From: the human T2T-CHM13v2.0 reference genome, Homo sapiens
DNA length: 64,000 nt
Assembly (NCBI RefSeq): GCF_009914755.1
Contig: NC_060926.1
Strand: one strand, 5' to 3'
Below, one piece after another: positions 27,511 through 46,265 of the stretch; within the stretch, counting starts at the first letter, position 1, and each line of letters starts with the position of its first letter. The notes under the pieces were generated by a model. It did no database searches, was not told where the DNA came from, and was given only the letters and a program-made list of their open reading frames with translations. Both the position numbers and the translations under genes were made by a program.

Positions 27511-28487
27511 AAAGAAAGAAAATTATCTCATCCAATGTCTTCCTTTTTCAGATGAGAACATTAAGTACCAGACAGATTGTTTAACCACCTCTACAATTCT
27601 CTGTTGCTACGATCAGATGTAGTGCCCAACTCTTACCTAACCTAGCCCAATTTTTAAAAATTATACCACTTATACCCTTTCAGGAGGCTACTAGGGATTG
27701 GAAATTTCCAGAAGTCAAATTATTTGGGGACAACTTTTCTTTTATAAATTGCTAGATGCAACTGCAAAGTCAAGCTTGGAGTGAATTACCAGAGGGGAAA
27801 AATTTTATTTCAATGATCCAACTATCCGTTTCTGTGCTCCAGGGATCTTGGCTAGGTCTATGACCTTGAGCAAATTATTAAGGTTTAATGTCTTCATTTT
27901 TTTAATGACAATGTGATATGAACGAATTAAGACAGTAAAATATCATTTCATCAGATCACATCAAGTCTGAAAACTCTGGCCATGTCAGGTGTTGCTGAGA
28001 AGACAGAAAGATAAGAATACCCCAGTAGAGCTCATGGAAGGGTAACTTGATTTAATCTTTGTCAAACAGTTGGTAAAAACTGGCAGAATTGAAAACATAT
28101 GTGTCTCATAAGCCAGAGATAGATAATAATTATATGTACCTACATATCCTATAAATACATATAGGAGGATGTCATTATGTCTTGAAGTAGAAAATTCAAA
28201 ATAAATGTCCATTCACAGGGGAATAGAAAACTCATGGTGTAATCATATAAAATATTATATAGTAGCTAAAGTAAATGAACTAGGGCTATTTTTATCAATA
28301 TATATAGCAGAGTAACCATGATATGCAAGTTATTTAATCCTTTTGGTTCTTCATCAGAAAATGGTGGTAAATAATGGTAAATTATCTCATAGAATTGTTA
28401 TGGCGATTAAAGGAATTAATACACAGAGCACTTACATAAAGCTCCCTTAATGTGTCTGTTCTTGATACCATACACTTGAAAAAATTA

Positions 28488-28783
<296 letters not shown>

Positions 28784-29038
28784 TAAAGTAGCAGAAGCAC
28801 TCCAAGTATTATCTAGTCTTTCTATATTCTGGACATGTATTAATCTTCAGAGTTGTGGAACAAGAAATTCTCAGGAATTCCTAAAATCATGATTTATTCT
28901 GTGTTTTATTAAAATTTTTCACACATTTTAAAAGTAATAAGTAGCCACAAGAAGAAACTGAATTGTTTTTATGTAATAGGGTTATATTAAATGTTTTAGA
29001 GGTGTCTTGAAAAAAAAAAATACAGGGTTTACTATTAA

Positions 29039-29639
<601 letters not shown>

Positions 29640-30014
29640 TAAATATTTGTCCAGGATTCATATAGTAGAAAACATCAGCAAACATTGTTGGACAGTATTC
29701 AAATTGCATTTAAATCTCCTAGCAAAGTAAACAGCGTTACACAGAATTATATACCACAATTGACAATTTAAGGACTTTTGCTTCCAAAATTTTGCTATTC
29801 CTTAGAATGCAAGATTTATAAGATTAATCTAAAGATTTACCTGAAGTATAAATCTCATAAGATTATCTAAAGTACACTATGCCTATAAATTTCTAGATAT
29901 TTATTTTATTCACAAGACTAACTCACTGTTATAGCAGATAGAACCATGAACACACACTTTTAATATGGCCACAGTTGCAAGCAAGACTGTCTTATGAGCT
30001 TGGGAATATAGGGG

Positions 30015-30334
30015 TTTTTTTTGTTGGTTTTTTGTTTGTTTTGTTTTTGAGACAGGGTCTTGCTCTGTCACCCAGGCTGAAGTACAATAGAGCAATCATA
30101 GCTCACTGCAGTTTTGAGCTTCTGGGCTCAAGGAATCTTCCCATAACAGCTTCCTAAGTAGCAAGGAAGGATTACAGGATATGCCACCACACCCAGCTAT
30201 TTTTTAAAAAATTTTTTGTGTGTATGTGTGTGGGGATGGAGTCTAGCTCTATTGCCTAGGCTGGTCTCGAACTCCTGGTCTCAAGCTATCCTCCCACCTT
30301 GGTCTCCCAAAAGCATGAGAAACTGTATTTGGCC
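30015..30334 (-). mobile_element. AluJ
   Basis: gagacagggtcttgctctgtcacccaggctg...atcatagctcactgcag. Confidence 0.9.
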
Positions 30335-30834
30335 TGTGACCACTTCTTTCATACACACTCTTATCCTGGTTCCTAAAGGGATCAGCAGCTCTGCTTGTGT
30401 TTTCTGCCTTCTACTTGACATTAATGAATTCCTTCCTTCCAACCAGCAATACCTCTATGTTGATCATTAAGTTTTAATTCCTGTAGTAGAATTTATAATA
30501 CTTCTTCCCATTTTCCCAATTTCTCAATTAATTTTTTTCTCAAGATTTGGGATTTGCAAAAATGATTTAAAAAAAAAAACCCTGGAAGGGAATTCCCACA
30601 TGGAAAGCCTAAATATACACTATGAAATATGGACTAAGGAGATACCATATTTCTGACTGTGATTACTACTAAGAAGAGGTAGAGGGATGAGTATAAAAGA
30701 AGCTTAAGTTGTATCTGCAATTTGCTATCTTTTATGAAAAACTCAAAACAAAAAATTATGTCTTTTTTGGTTAGGTTTATATGTATGCTTGATAAATTAT
30801 TTTACTTTCTTGAGCTTTACAAAAATCTTTTCAA

Positions 30835-30990
30835 AGGAATCACCTGGGTTGTTGGTAATGCTGACTCCTGGGCTCTACTGCCAGAGGTGCTGCTTCAGTG
30901 GGTCTGGGGTGGAGACTAGGAATTTTCACATTCACTGACTCCCCCAGAGGATTGTGGGGAAGATGGTACAAGACCTAACTTGGGTGAATG
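30835..30990. mobile_element. MER5A1-like MITE
   Basis: gaatcacctggg...aatgctgactcctgggc...ttcagtgggtctggggtggagactaggaat. Confidence 0.65.
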
Positions 30991-32989
30991 TTGAACAAGT
31001 CCAGGGAAATCCAGATGCAAACCAGAGGTACTGCAAAGAATCCTAAGTCATGGCCAAACCAGATTTGCAAATCGCAATCTGAAGCCAAAGGAACAGGCAA
31101 CAGGAGAAGCTGGATGTTTTGCCCTGGGTGTGTGTGGTAGAAAAGGCCTCCTTATCATCATGACATTGCACAGGGTAGACGCCTATCGCATCTCAGGAGG
31201 ATCAGCACTGCTGTTATTGTGCCAGCTGACTCCCACAGCTATTCATTAGTTTCAGTAAAGTCAAGGCTAGATGGGTAGGTGATGAAAGATAGAAGATGAA
31301 GATCTACACTGAAGGGGCAAAATGCAAAGAATTTCCAAAGTCCTTCTTTATAAAAAGGAAAATTCCTAATCACATTCATACATTATCTTTATGATGTGCT
31401 TAAAAGGCACAGTCTGACCTCATTGCATTTCTTCTAAAGCCTTTTCCTTGTGCTTTTTATTTTCCAATTGTTTTGCAATCATGAATCAGTTAATAATTAC
31501 TAGTTTCAAACCCTCATTATAAAGCAATGTCAACGTCCTCATTTCTCTTGATTACTTGATTTTAAATTTTTAAACTCAGTACCATTAGTTAGTCCATATG
31601 CTAATATTTGAGAAATATTTATGCCATGAGAAATTTATGTATGTTTTATGATTCCACTAAGCACAGCAAGAAGCAAGCTTCAGGGCTTGTGATGATTAAG
31701 AGAAAATAAATCAGATTCCTATATTCTAAAACGAACGTACATTCTCTTCATTCTCTGCAGTAATATGGGATCCTAATAAAACGAAGCACAAATACCTGGA
31801 GTCCTTTGCTTATGTTCTCAGAAAAATCCTGGTTTCTGAATCAATATCTTGTCTTCTGACAACACAGCCACCGAAAATATGCTGAACTTGGTCTAAGTTT
31901 CTGCCTTCTGAGCCTAAACCGTTCTCTTTCCCTCCATCTCCTTCTGGCTTTTGATTTCTGATGCCAATCTAAAGGAGTAGTCCCCTTCCCAAATGCATCT
32001 AATGAGGCTTATTGTTATCGCCATCAAAACTACACCATGTGGAAATTATTTGGATATTTATCCACGTGCCATGAAGTAAGTGGGATGCCATCTGTACAGG
32101 GGGTCTCACAGCCTGTTGCTCAGACGTTATAAACAGTGCCACAAGCTGCTATTGTGGCATATTGGGCTATACCAGCTACATATACAAACTTGCAATTATA
32201 AAAACTTTTTTTGATTGAAAACTTTCTAAACATTGTCTCTGACGGCTTCCAATTGACAAAGACATCTGCCTAACAGCACCTGAAACACGATTTTCTCACT
32301 TCCCACTTAAACTCAGTGTTTATAGTTAGCATTTACAATTAAGACCTTTGGATAACCCAATACCAAAATCCAAGTGATAGCTGCCCTAAGTCTAAGGCAG
32401 GTGGATTGAGATGCTGACTATGATGCTGAATTGAGGCTCTTATGAAACACAGGCAGCATGAATTAAGGTAAAAAGACATGTCGATTTTCCTTGCTGTCTG
32501 CTCCCTGACTCAAGCATTCTAAAGTTGATGACAACCAAAACCAGGGCAATCATCCTTGGACCGCATGAGACTACTGTTCTGTGAGACAGATGAAGCACCA
32601 AGCTCATGACCCTGACCCTACTCTCATCTTTTTGCTAACATTGACAGCTAGCATATTCTAGAATGCAACAGGTGGCAGCACGTGTGACCGTGCAAGAGCA
32701 ATGGAAAGAGACGTGGAAAAGGCCACAATAAACTGCACCTGTTTACAAGAAAAGGGCTATACGTGGAGGTGGAGAAAGAAAAAAGCCTGCTAGAAATCCT
32801 GGAATTAATCCATGATGTAGATTATTTCAGCAAGAAAACAGTGGGTGTAAGAAAAGATGGCATTTCATAAAGCAGAATCAAATTAGATAAAAGTGAATTG
32901 CATATGTTATTGCATTAATTTGCATCACAACCATATGGCTTAAGCACTGTGGGCTGGGAAAGTTAATTTATCTTCTAAAGTATAATGGG

Positions 32990-33308
<319 letters not shown>

Positions 33309-33329
33309 CTAGCCCCCAAATGCTTTGAA

Positions 33330-33900
33330 ATCTATTCAATCATTTAGCCCTTATTTACTGCATGCCTATGAAGGCATGATCCTGTAGCAAATACCAAGCC
33401 AGATCAGAGACTGATGGTGGGCATGTCACTACATGCTGACCTCTCCTAAAATCACAAATAACCAAACTGCCATTTAAAACAATTTAAGTGACCAGAGAGA
33501 AATAGAGAGAAAGTGTTACAAGCATTCACAGAAAAGAAGAGGGCACTTCAAGGGAAGAGAATTGAAAACAGCTTCCTAGGAGTTTGAGCTGAGTCCTTAA
33601 TCACAAGGCTAGGAATAAGTAGAGGTGAAGAAGAAGAGCCAAGATAAAGAGCAGGAAAGGAACAAAGAATACTATTGTAGAGGGAGGATTGGTGCAGAGA
33701 CACAGAAGGCCTTGAATACTCAAGGAAGGAGTCCAGAGATTTTTTTTCTACTGAGAAAGGCACTGATGATTCTTGAACAATAGACTGAAAAATATCAAAG
33801 CTGGGCATTAAGGGTCAATTAAAAGCAGACTGTAAATTGGACTGGAAGGGAGGATTGAAGGAAAGCAGGAAAAATGTTATTGAAGTAGCCCAATTCATTA
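33330..33900 (-). mobile_element. L2 fragment
   Basis: tttgagctgagtcctt, gaaggccttgaatactcaaggaaggagt. Confidence 0.6.
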
Positions 33901-33977
33901 AGGAAAGCCTGATTTTCGATGATGTTACATTTTACAGATGGGTAACTAAAACACACAGAAGTTAGGTAACATCTGAA

Positions 33978-34800
33978 AGTTCACTGCAGCCCTATTCGCA
34001 ACACCCAAGATGCAAGAACAACTATATTAGTTCGTTTTCATGCTGCTGATAAAGACATACCTGAGACTGGGAAGAAAAAGAGGTGTAATTGGACTTACAG
34101 TTCCACATGGCTGGGGAAGCCTCAGAATCATGGCAGGAGGTGAAAGACACTTCTTACGTGGCAGCAGCAAGAGAAAAATGAGGAAGAAGCAAAAGCGGAA
34201 ACCCCTGATAAACCCATCAGATCTCGTGAGACTTATTCACTATCCCAAGAAAAGCATGGAAAAACCGGCCCTCATGATTCAATTACCTCCACCTGGGTCC
34301 CTCCCACAACACGTGGGAATTCTGGAAGACACAATTCAAGTTGAGATTTGGGTGGCGACACAGCCATACCACATCAACAATGTAAACGTCTACCAATGGA
34401 TAAATAACAAAAATGTGAAATAAACATCAAATAGGATATTGTTCAGCCTTGATTTAAAAAAAGGAGGGAGTCTTGACATACTGACAACATGCTTAAACCT
34501 GGAGGATGTTATGCTAAGCAAAATAGGCCAGGAAAGAATACTGTAAGATTCCACTTTTATGAGTTATCTAAAATAGTTACACTCATGGAATCAGAGTAAA
34601 ATGGTGGTTACCAGAAACTGGGGGGAGGGGAAAATGGGAAATTGCTGATCAACTGATATCAAGTTTCCATTATACAAGATAAATAAGTTCTAGTTATCTT
34701 CTGTACAATCTTGTACTTATAGTTAACATATACTGCATTTTACACTGAAAACATTGTTAAGAAGGCAAATCTCATGCTGTGTTCTTATCACAAAAGAAAA
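33978..34800 (+). mobile_element. L1MA-type 3' end inside a MIR, split by THE1
   Basis: aaacctggaggatgttatgctaagcaaaataggccag, tacaagataaataagttctag; MIR halves at ~33925-33975 and ~34823-34925. Confidence 0.8.
34023..34376 (-). mobile_element. THE1C-like solo LTR
   Basis: tattagttcgttttcatgctgctgataaagacatacctgagactgggaagaaaaagagg...gcaaaagcggaaacccctgataaacccatcag; TSD acaac/acaat. Confidence 0.9.
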
Positions 34801-34993
34801 AGGAAAGAAAGGAAAAGAAAACAAGTAACATGTTAAACGTCACATGGCTGGTTAGCAACAGAGCCATGACTCAAGTTCTGGGAAATGCAACTCCAGAGTC
34901 CATGCTCTTAACCACTCTGCTATATGGTGTCTCAGTATTAAGACTTTTCAGTAATGTAACCCTTCTTGTAAGCCATTCCAAAAGCTAAAGCTA

Positions 34994-35422
<429 letters not shown>

Positions 35423-35739
35423 TTAAAAATGATGTTTCATAGAATAGTAGCACATGAATAGTTTCATAATGTGGTAAGTGAAAAAAATTAGATTATAAGC
35501 TACACCTACATGTATAGAGGATAAACACAGTAATAATTTATACAAAAATATTTAGAGTTGTTCCTATCTTGAATTTAAAGAAATTTTTATTATCTTTATT
35601 TTTCTGCCTGTTTATGATTTTTCTACTTGATTTCTGCAATAAAACTGCATAATTTACAAATGCTAAATAACCAATTTGCTCAGGTTTTTACCTCTCATAC
35701 ATACGTCTTATGTATTCAGAGCCTTGCGTCTTCATGTTT

Positions 35740-36400
35740 CTTTAATATATTTGAGCACGAAGCAGGTTCCAGACCCTGTGCTAAGCATCAGATTTATAAC
35801 TGTGAGCAAGACAAATAGAATCTGAACCTTAGTACCCAGTGGAGAATAAATTAAAAGGTAATAGTTGTTTCAAAAAGAAAATTATAGGATGCTATGAGAG
35901 TACTAGGAGTAGAGAGAAGGACTGGCTGAGGAAAGAAGTTCAAGGTGAAAAGTAGACATGAAATAAAGTGTGAGCTAAGAGTATTCCAGAAAGACGAAGC
36001 ACATGCATGCTGTCCTTAGGGAGTATGGAGGTGGGACAAAAAGACAATGATTCTGGGAAAACACTGGAAATGAAGGCAGTTGTGGAAGATGGAGGGCCTT
36101 GGAGAGATGTTCATTACTGTGGACTTCATCTTGAAGGTAATGGAAAACTGCTGTCGTACTGGGGAGGTCTGGAGTAGGGCAAGAGGGATGAGTTAGTAGG
36201 TTTTTCTTGAAAGGATGGTGGCTTGGAGAAGGAGAGTGGCAATAGGAGAGAAGCAGATGTGGCAGGAGTATTTAAGAAGTAGAACAGGACTTGACTGGAT
36301 GTGGTTGTCAGAAAACTGCCAAAGACGACTCCCTAACATCGGACTTGCACTGGATGGTTGCAGTTTACTGAGCTAGAAGGTGCTGGAGGTGGAAGAGATG
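35740..36400 (-). mobile_element. L2 fragment
   Basis: atatttgagcac...ccctgtgctaagca, ggacttcatcttgaaggtaatggaaaactg, gtttactgagctagaag. Confidence 0.65.
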
Positions 36401-36868
36401 AGCAAAGAATGAAACAGAACCTTCACGCCTGAAGTCTAAACTAGTTTGACAAAATTCTGATGTCTACGCTTCCTAATGCAAAGTTAAGCTGGCAGAATTG
36501 GCAGAATAGGGCCTGAGAGCAAGTGAGTGCCTTTCAGAAGTCCTTGTAAGATAAATGATCTCTTGACAGATGGGATTTGAAAAGAAATACATAATTCCAA
36601 CCATTTAAATAAACAATGAGATAAGCAAAATTTACCGTCATGTTACCAACCAGAGTGTTGTCCAGACATACAGCAGCTGCCTCTTTCTGCATCTGTTCTA
36701 ACTAGAATCCAGAGCTACACATCTTAGCTCAGTTATGGTAGCACAGTAAGCCACTTGCTTTTCAGATCTTGCCAACAGTATTATTCTCCAAGCTGGAGTT
36801 AGTTTTTATCTTATTAGTAAGGAGCTTTAAAGATGCTTTTTATTTTCAAATCTTTTTATAGTATTTAC

Positions 36869-37251
36869 TGTGTTAGCCTGTTTTCACACTGCTATAAAGA
36901 ACTGCCCAAGACTGGGTAATTTACAAAGGAAAGAAGTTTAATTGACTCACAGTTCAGGATGGCTGGGGAGGCCTCAGGAAACTCACAATCATGGCTTAAG
37001 ATGAAGAGGAAGCAAGGCACCTTCTTCACAAGGTGGCCGGAAAGAGAAATGCTGAGCAAAAGGCCAAGAGCCCCTTATAAAACCATCAGATCTCGTGAGA
37101 ACTCACTATCTCTAGACCAGCATGGGGGAAACCGCCCCCTGATTCAATTACCTCCACCTGGTCTCTCCCTTGACACCTGGGGATTATAGGGATTATGGGG
37201 ATTACAATTCAAGATGAGATTTGGGTGGGAACACAAAGCCTAACCATAACA
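36869..37251 (-). mobile_element. THE1D-like solo LTR
   Basis: gttttcacactgctataaagaactgcccaagactgggtaattta...ggcaccttcttcacaaggtggc...gatgagatttgggtgggaacaca. Confidence 0.9.
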
Positions 37252-37374
37252 ACTTCTTTCTAAATAGACTGTTTTATGATATCATTGTCTGAAGGGTTCT
37301 CCAATGATTGATTGGATACTTAACTTGGAACCTTATAGCTACTAAACAGGCAGATCAGGAAGACCATGTGGAAA

Positions 37375-37750
37375 GGGCAGAGTTTGCAAAATAAAAATGC
37401 TTACAGAGTAAGGCAATCCATATGATGACTAAAGTAGGCTAAATATAGAGGGGAGAAGCAACAGAAGCACAATGTTAAATGGTGAATAACACATTGGCTC
37501 ATAGTTGGTAACACATTAGGCAGTCACAGAGACTGTAGTATTATGGAGTAGGCACGTCTTATCCAAAAGCAAAATAGCTGCTCAGCTGATTATTACCATA
37601 AAGGAATATGGGACTTGAGTTGTCCGCTCTTTTCACTTTATCTTGAATTTTATGTCAGTCTTCTGATTTGTACATGTTATTAATTAATTCAACTCTTAAA
37701 GAATGTGTAAACCAAATAAAAAAAGTCTATCATAGGCTGTCAATATGCGA
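37375..37750. mobile_element. Old hAT-Charlie remnant
   Basis: aaatgcttacagag and ggaatatgggac...gaattttatgt...aattaattcaa weakly resemble Charlie-derived MERs. Confidence 0.35.
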
Positions 37751-38947
37751 TAGTGATAGGAAAAAAAAGCAAGTTTGCCAATATTTCTCAGTCACATCTT
37801 AGCTGAAATAAGTGGTCCCTTCTGCCATAAATATCTTTAATGTCTGATGTTTTCATTTCCGAAGGAACCACCTTTGCCCACATGCCCCTGCCAGGAGGAG
37901 ACACTGGAAAAACTAAAAATGAAACATATTATTTTTGCAAGACACAAGGCTGAAAAATACCTGTGGCATTGCCAATCTTTGTAGATGAATTATAAGTGAA
38001 CCAAATCCATTTTTTAAATTGTATTTCAGTGTTTGTTAGGCAATATCACAAGACAAGACAAAATGAAAAATTCAGTCCCTGCCCAAGGGGCATGAAGCCT
38101 ACAGAAGGAAGACAAAACATTCCTGAAATAAAAACACCAGCTGGGAAGGAGGCATAATTAATGAGATAGTGCCAAGATTATTGTCTCACTGCAATTACCA
38201 CGTGTTTCTGATACTTCAAAAGAGACTGATGACTTGTGATGAAGGGGATAGACCAGGGACTCACACCCCCTGCATTCTGCATAGGATGGAAATGGAGTGT
38301 AAAGCTCTCATATGCTGCAGTGCCTCACTTCTGTCAACAAAATGCGGCAAGTAAAACTAACTGATTTGCAAAGCACTGTAATAGTCCTTAATGTTAGTCC
38401 TTGGACAATTATACAGTTGCCTTCACCTTTACAGAAAATTAATAGCATTAAATTGCCTTATGTCTTCCAGGTACACCCAAATTTATTTTCTAAATAATTT
38501 TGCTACTGTTGTCTGACTTTTTAAAGACTTTATAAAGGTGTAGGGAAAATAGATGGGAAATATGTACCATAAACGATATCATATGATCCCGATTTTTGGT
38601 TTTAGAAAATGTATGGAGGCAAAGAAAAAAGACTGGGAAGAAATAAACCAACACACACTGGCTATCTCTGGGTAATCTCAGGTGCTTGTTATCATAAGAG
38701 CAACTCAGGTGATTGTTATTATAACAGCAAGCAGAAACTAACCATATTTTCTCAGTTATACTCCCACAAATGCCCTCTGTGACTTTATTGTGCCCTGCCC
38801 TTTAGCTTAAATTTCAAAGGGTTCCTGTAATTTTTTCTGGTTTATCTTAAATAACAAAGAAATGGTCTCTTTTTCCAGATAATAAAAAGTGCAGTCTAAT
38901 CTAAGGATCACACACAACTGTCAGGTGTAATATTAAAACTCCAAATG

Positions 38948-42893
<3,946 letters not shown>

Positions 42894-42970
42894 CTAAAAA
42901 TGCTACAGTGGAAAAAAGATAACAACTTGGCTTCTCTCTGTCTCACTTTGCATTCTCCACCATTTGCTAG

Positions 42971-43399
<429 letters not shown>

Positions 43400-43400
43400 A

Positions 43401-43535
43401 TTTTTTTGTATTTTTAGTAGAGGTGGGATTTTATCATGTTGGCCAGGATGGTTTCGAACTCCTGACCTCTAGTGATCTGCCCACCTCGGCCTCCCAAAGT
43501 GCTAAGGTTACAGGCCTGAGTCACCGCGCCCGGCC
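43401..43535 (-). mobile_element. Extra Alu left monomer abutting the previous Alu
   Basis: tttttgtatttttagtagag...cctcccaaagtgct...caccgcgcccggcc. Confidence 0.9.
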
Positions 43536-44827
43536 AGGTCAGTTTTCTTTGAATGAGTCATCTGTGATCTGGTGTCTACGTTCTCTAGAAATGGCAGTCC
43601 AGAGCTGACTGTTGGCTTTATGAAGATCTTTTGCAAATTCTTTTGAGATTCATCTCTGTGCACCTCTAATGATAATTTCCTTTCACATGTTCGCAACATC
43701 GCCTCTGACACACATCGGATACCCCGTCAACATCTGAACTTGCAGCATTCCACATCCGCATTGGGGTCACATTACTTCTTCACATAGTATTCTGGACAGG
43801 GTCTATTTTAATATAATTCCAGGCCATTCCTTTCATTGGGACCTACATCTGTTCCACAAGAAACACATACCTTTGTTCCAACTTCAAAGAAAGCACAGCT
43901 CATTCTCAGAAACTCAAGTCAGTTTCTTATCTTAAGATTTCTCCTGGAAAAAACCAGACCCCAGTACCGAGCTCACCAAACAACAGGGAACAAATGTCAA
44001 TCCCTCCAAGTAGATGTTCTCAAACCCCTTATCTCATTTGGCTAAGGTGAGAAAGAAGCAATTCTTGTATACTGTCAAGATGGAAGACCACCCAAGGTTA
44101 AATGTGTCAACTCCTTTATCTCTTAGTGCATCCTGCATACAGGGTCCACATGGCACTTTAGAATATGAGGTACATGAAACCTATTGTATTATTTGTAGCC
44201 TTTGCCGTTTCTGCTGAAACTCAGTGATATAATTTTAAAAAGTACCGTTTTAACATGCTGCTGCATTATTCACTCTTGTAGGTTTTCCTCTTTTTTCTCA
44301 TTTTTCTACATTCACATGAATTATTTGATTATTAGAAGAAAAAATGAGTGTTTTTTTTCTGTGAGTATTCAGTGCTAATTTTGTGGAAAGAAATTGGCAA
44401 CAGTTGTATATAGATTGGTTCAACAAAATGTTTAAACATTATTTCTTAACTAAGTCAATCGTAGGAAAAGTTCCTTGAAATTTGTAGTTATAAAAATATG
44501 TACAAGCTTTTCTTAGAATTTTGCCACATGTATAAACAGAACAAAGCAACTCTACTCACATGTCCTTATGCCCACATCATGCCACTTCTCTCCTCTCTCC
44601 CTTATATTTCTTGTATTAATAATTTAAAGAGTCGTGGTGATAAGACCACAGACTTACTAAGGGAAGTCTACAAGGCTACCCAGAAAAGGTTTTCAAGAAT
44701 AGCACATCGCTGGGGAAATCACAATTATCTACTTAACCACAGCTCTTCACTCTAGAAATTCAACTTGATGAGGGCAGCCAGAATGTATCAGACTCAGGGT
44801 AGCCAAACAAAATTACCTAAGAGTGAC

Positions 44828-44854
<27 letters not shown>
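44828..44854. repeat. (AT)n microsatellite
   Basis: Direct reading. Confidence 0.95.
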
Positions 44855-44859
<5 letters not shown>

Positions 44860-45689
44860 CAAATCTTAGATCACAAACCTAGTTGTTCAAGAAATATTAC
44901 TAGTTATGTTTCCTATTTGAATTTAGCTTCGATTTTATGACTTCATGCTGCTAAGTGGAGAAATTTAATACTACTCATTTCATGGTAATCTGTTGATTTT
45001 AGGTTTTCTTAATCAAGTCACAGGTGACGGTGGGATGGTTTACATAATTCTGGAGAAAGACAATCTGGTCTTCTGCTCTCCTTGATGAAACACCAACTCC
45101 CCCCACTCCCCGGGGAGGGGGAAGCCTTTCTTACCTCTTCCTCCCCAAACTCCCAGTCACCTCCCAAACACTCACACATTGTCATTAATAGAGATTGGCA
45201 GCTACTCCAACTGAATCACTCTGAAAAATAGCCTGTATCCCACCTATGTAAGAAAGAAAAATATAAACAAATAAATCAAAGGGGCAAGAAGGCAGAGAAG
45301 AAAAAGTGGGCTAAGTGTGACAAAAAGTTGAAAATTTGTTCCATTGCCTACAGTTTCAAATGCCATTGATTAACTACTTTGCCATTTTACAGCCTCAGAG
45401 ACATCAATGTGGATTTAGGGGCTAGTACCAAGAAAGGGCTCATATTCCCCCAAAAAGACAGTGTAGTGTTAAATATAAGTGACTCATCTTAAAAAAAATA
45501 ACTGGGTCTGGTAGAGGATTATTTAATAAATCATAGCCCTGTGCACTAAATGGTGCTTCTGGCCTAGGGAAGTTAATTTTTTTCAAAAGCTTAATAGGTA
45601 TTCGTTGTATAGCTACTCTGGTGGGATCTAGCCCAGAAACAAATGTTGGACCCAATTCTTCAATAGCACATATTTATTACAATCCTACA

Positions 45690-46265
45690 ATAGAAAATAC
45701 CAACTCAGAGCTGAGACAGAATGTGTTGATGGCTGAGCTCCCAGAGAGCACAAATAGCCACAGGGTGGACTGTAGTAAGTGCCCAAGAGAAGAAAAGATG
45801 GAGTGTTATGGGAGCTGAGAAGAAGGTATAGAGTGTTTCAGGGAAGGGAATTTGGGATGGCCTTCTAGGGGTTTGAGCTAAAATCTAAATGACAGGGATA
45901 TGGAGGCATAGAACTAAAGCAGGCTGATTCAAGGGACTGGCAAAAGCAAAGGCAAAGAGCAGTAAAGGAAGGGATTGCAGCCTGAAGGAAAAATAAGGTT
46001 GGAAAGGTAAGCTGGGGCACAGAGAAAGAGGGCCTTGAAAATCCACCTAAGTTATTTGGAGGATCTTCTGTTTCTGTTTTTCTTACTTTTTTTGTGCTAG
46101 GGGAGTGCTCATGATTATTAAGCAAAGGAATGCAAATATCAGAGCTGTGCTTTAGAAAACAATGGGAAGAAGAGTGTAAAATGGATTAGGGGAGGAAATG
46201 GAGACAGTGAGAAACAAGCCTACTGAAATAGTCCCAGTGACATCTGTAGACAGCCTGGCCTGAGA
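45690..46265 (-). mobile_element. L2 fragment
   Basis: tttgagctaaaatctaaatgac, gcaaaagcaaaggcaaagag, atcagagctgtgctttagaaa. Confidence 0.65.

Noticed and set aside
34040-34423. 127-aa basic ORF, and the ORF at 36959-37189
   Set aside because: They lie within THE1 LTRs; spurious
38677-38745. Short duplication ctcaggtg(c/a)ttgttat(c/t)ataa
   Set aside because: About 22-bp duplication in a probable MLT1 end; trivial
43540-44050. Exon-like unique sequence with several CpGs
   Set aside because: The frames I checked are short and resemble no protein I recognise
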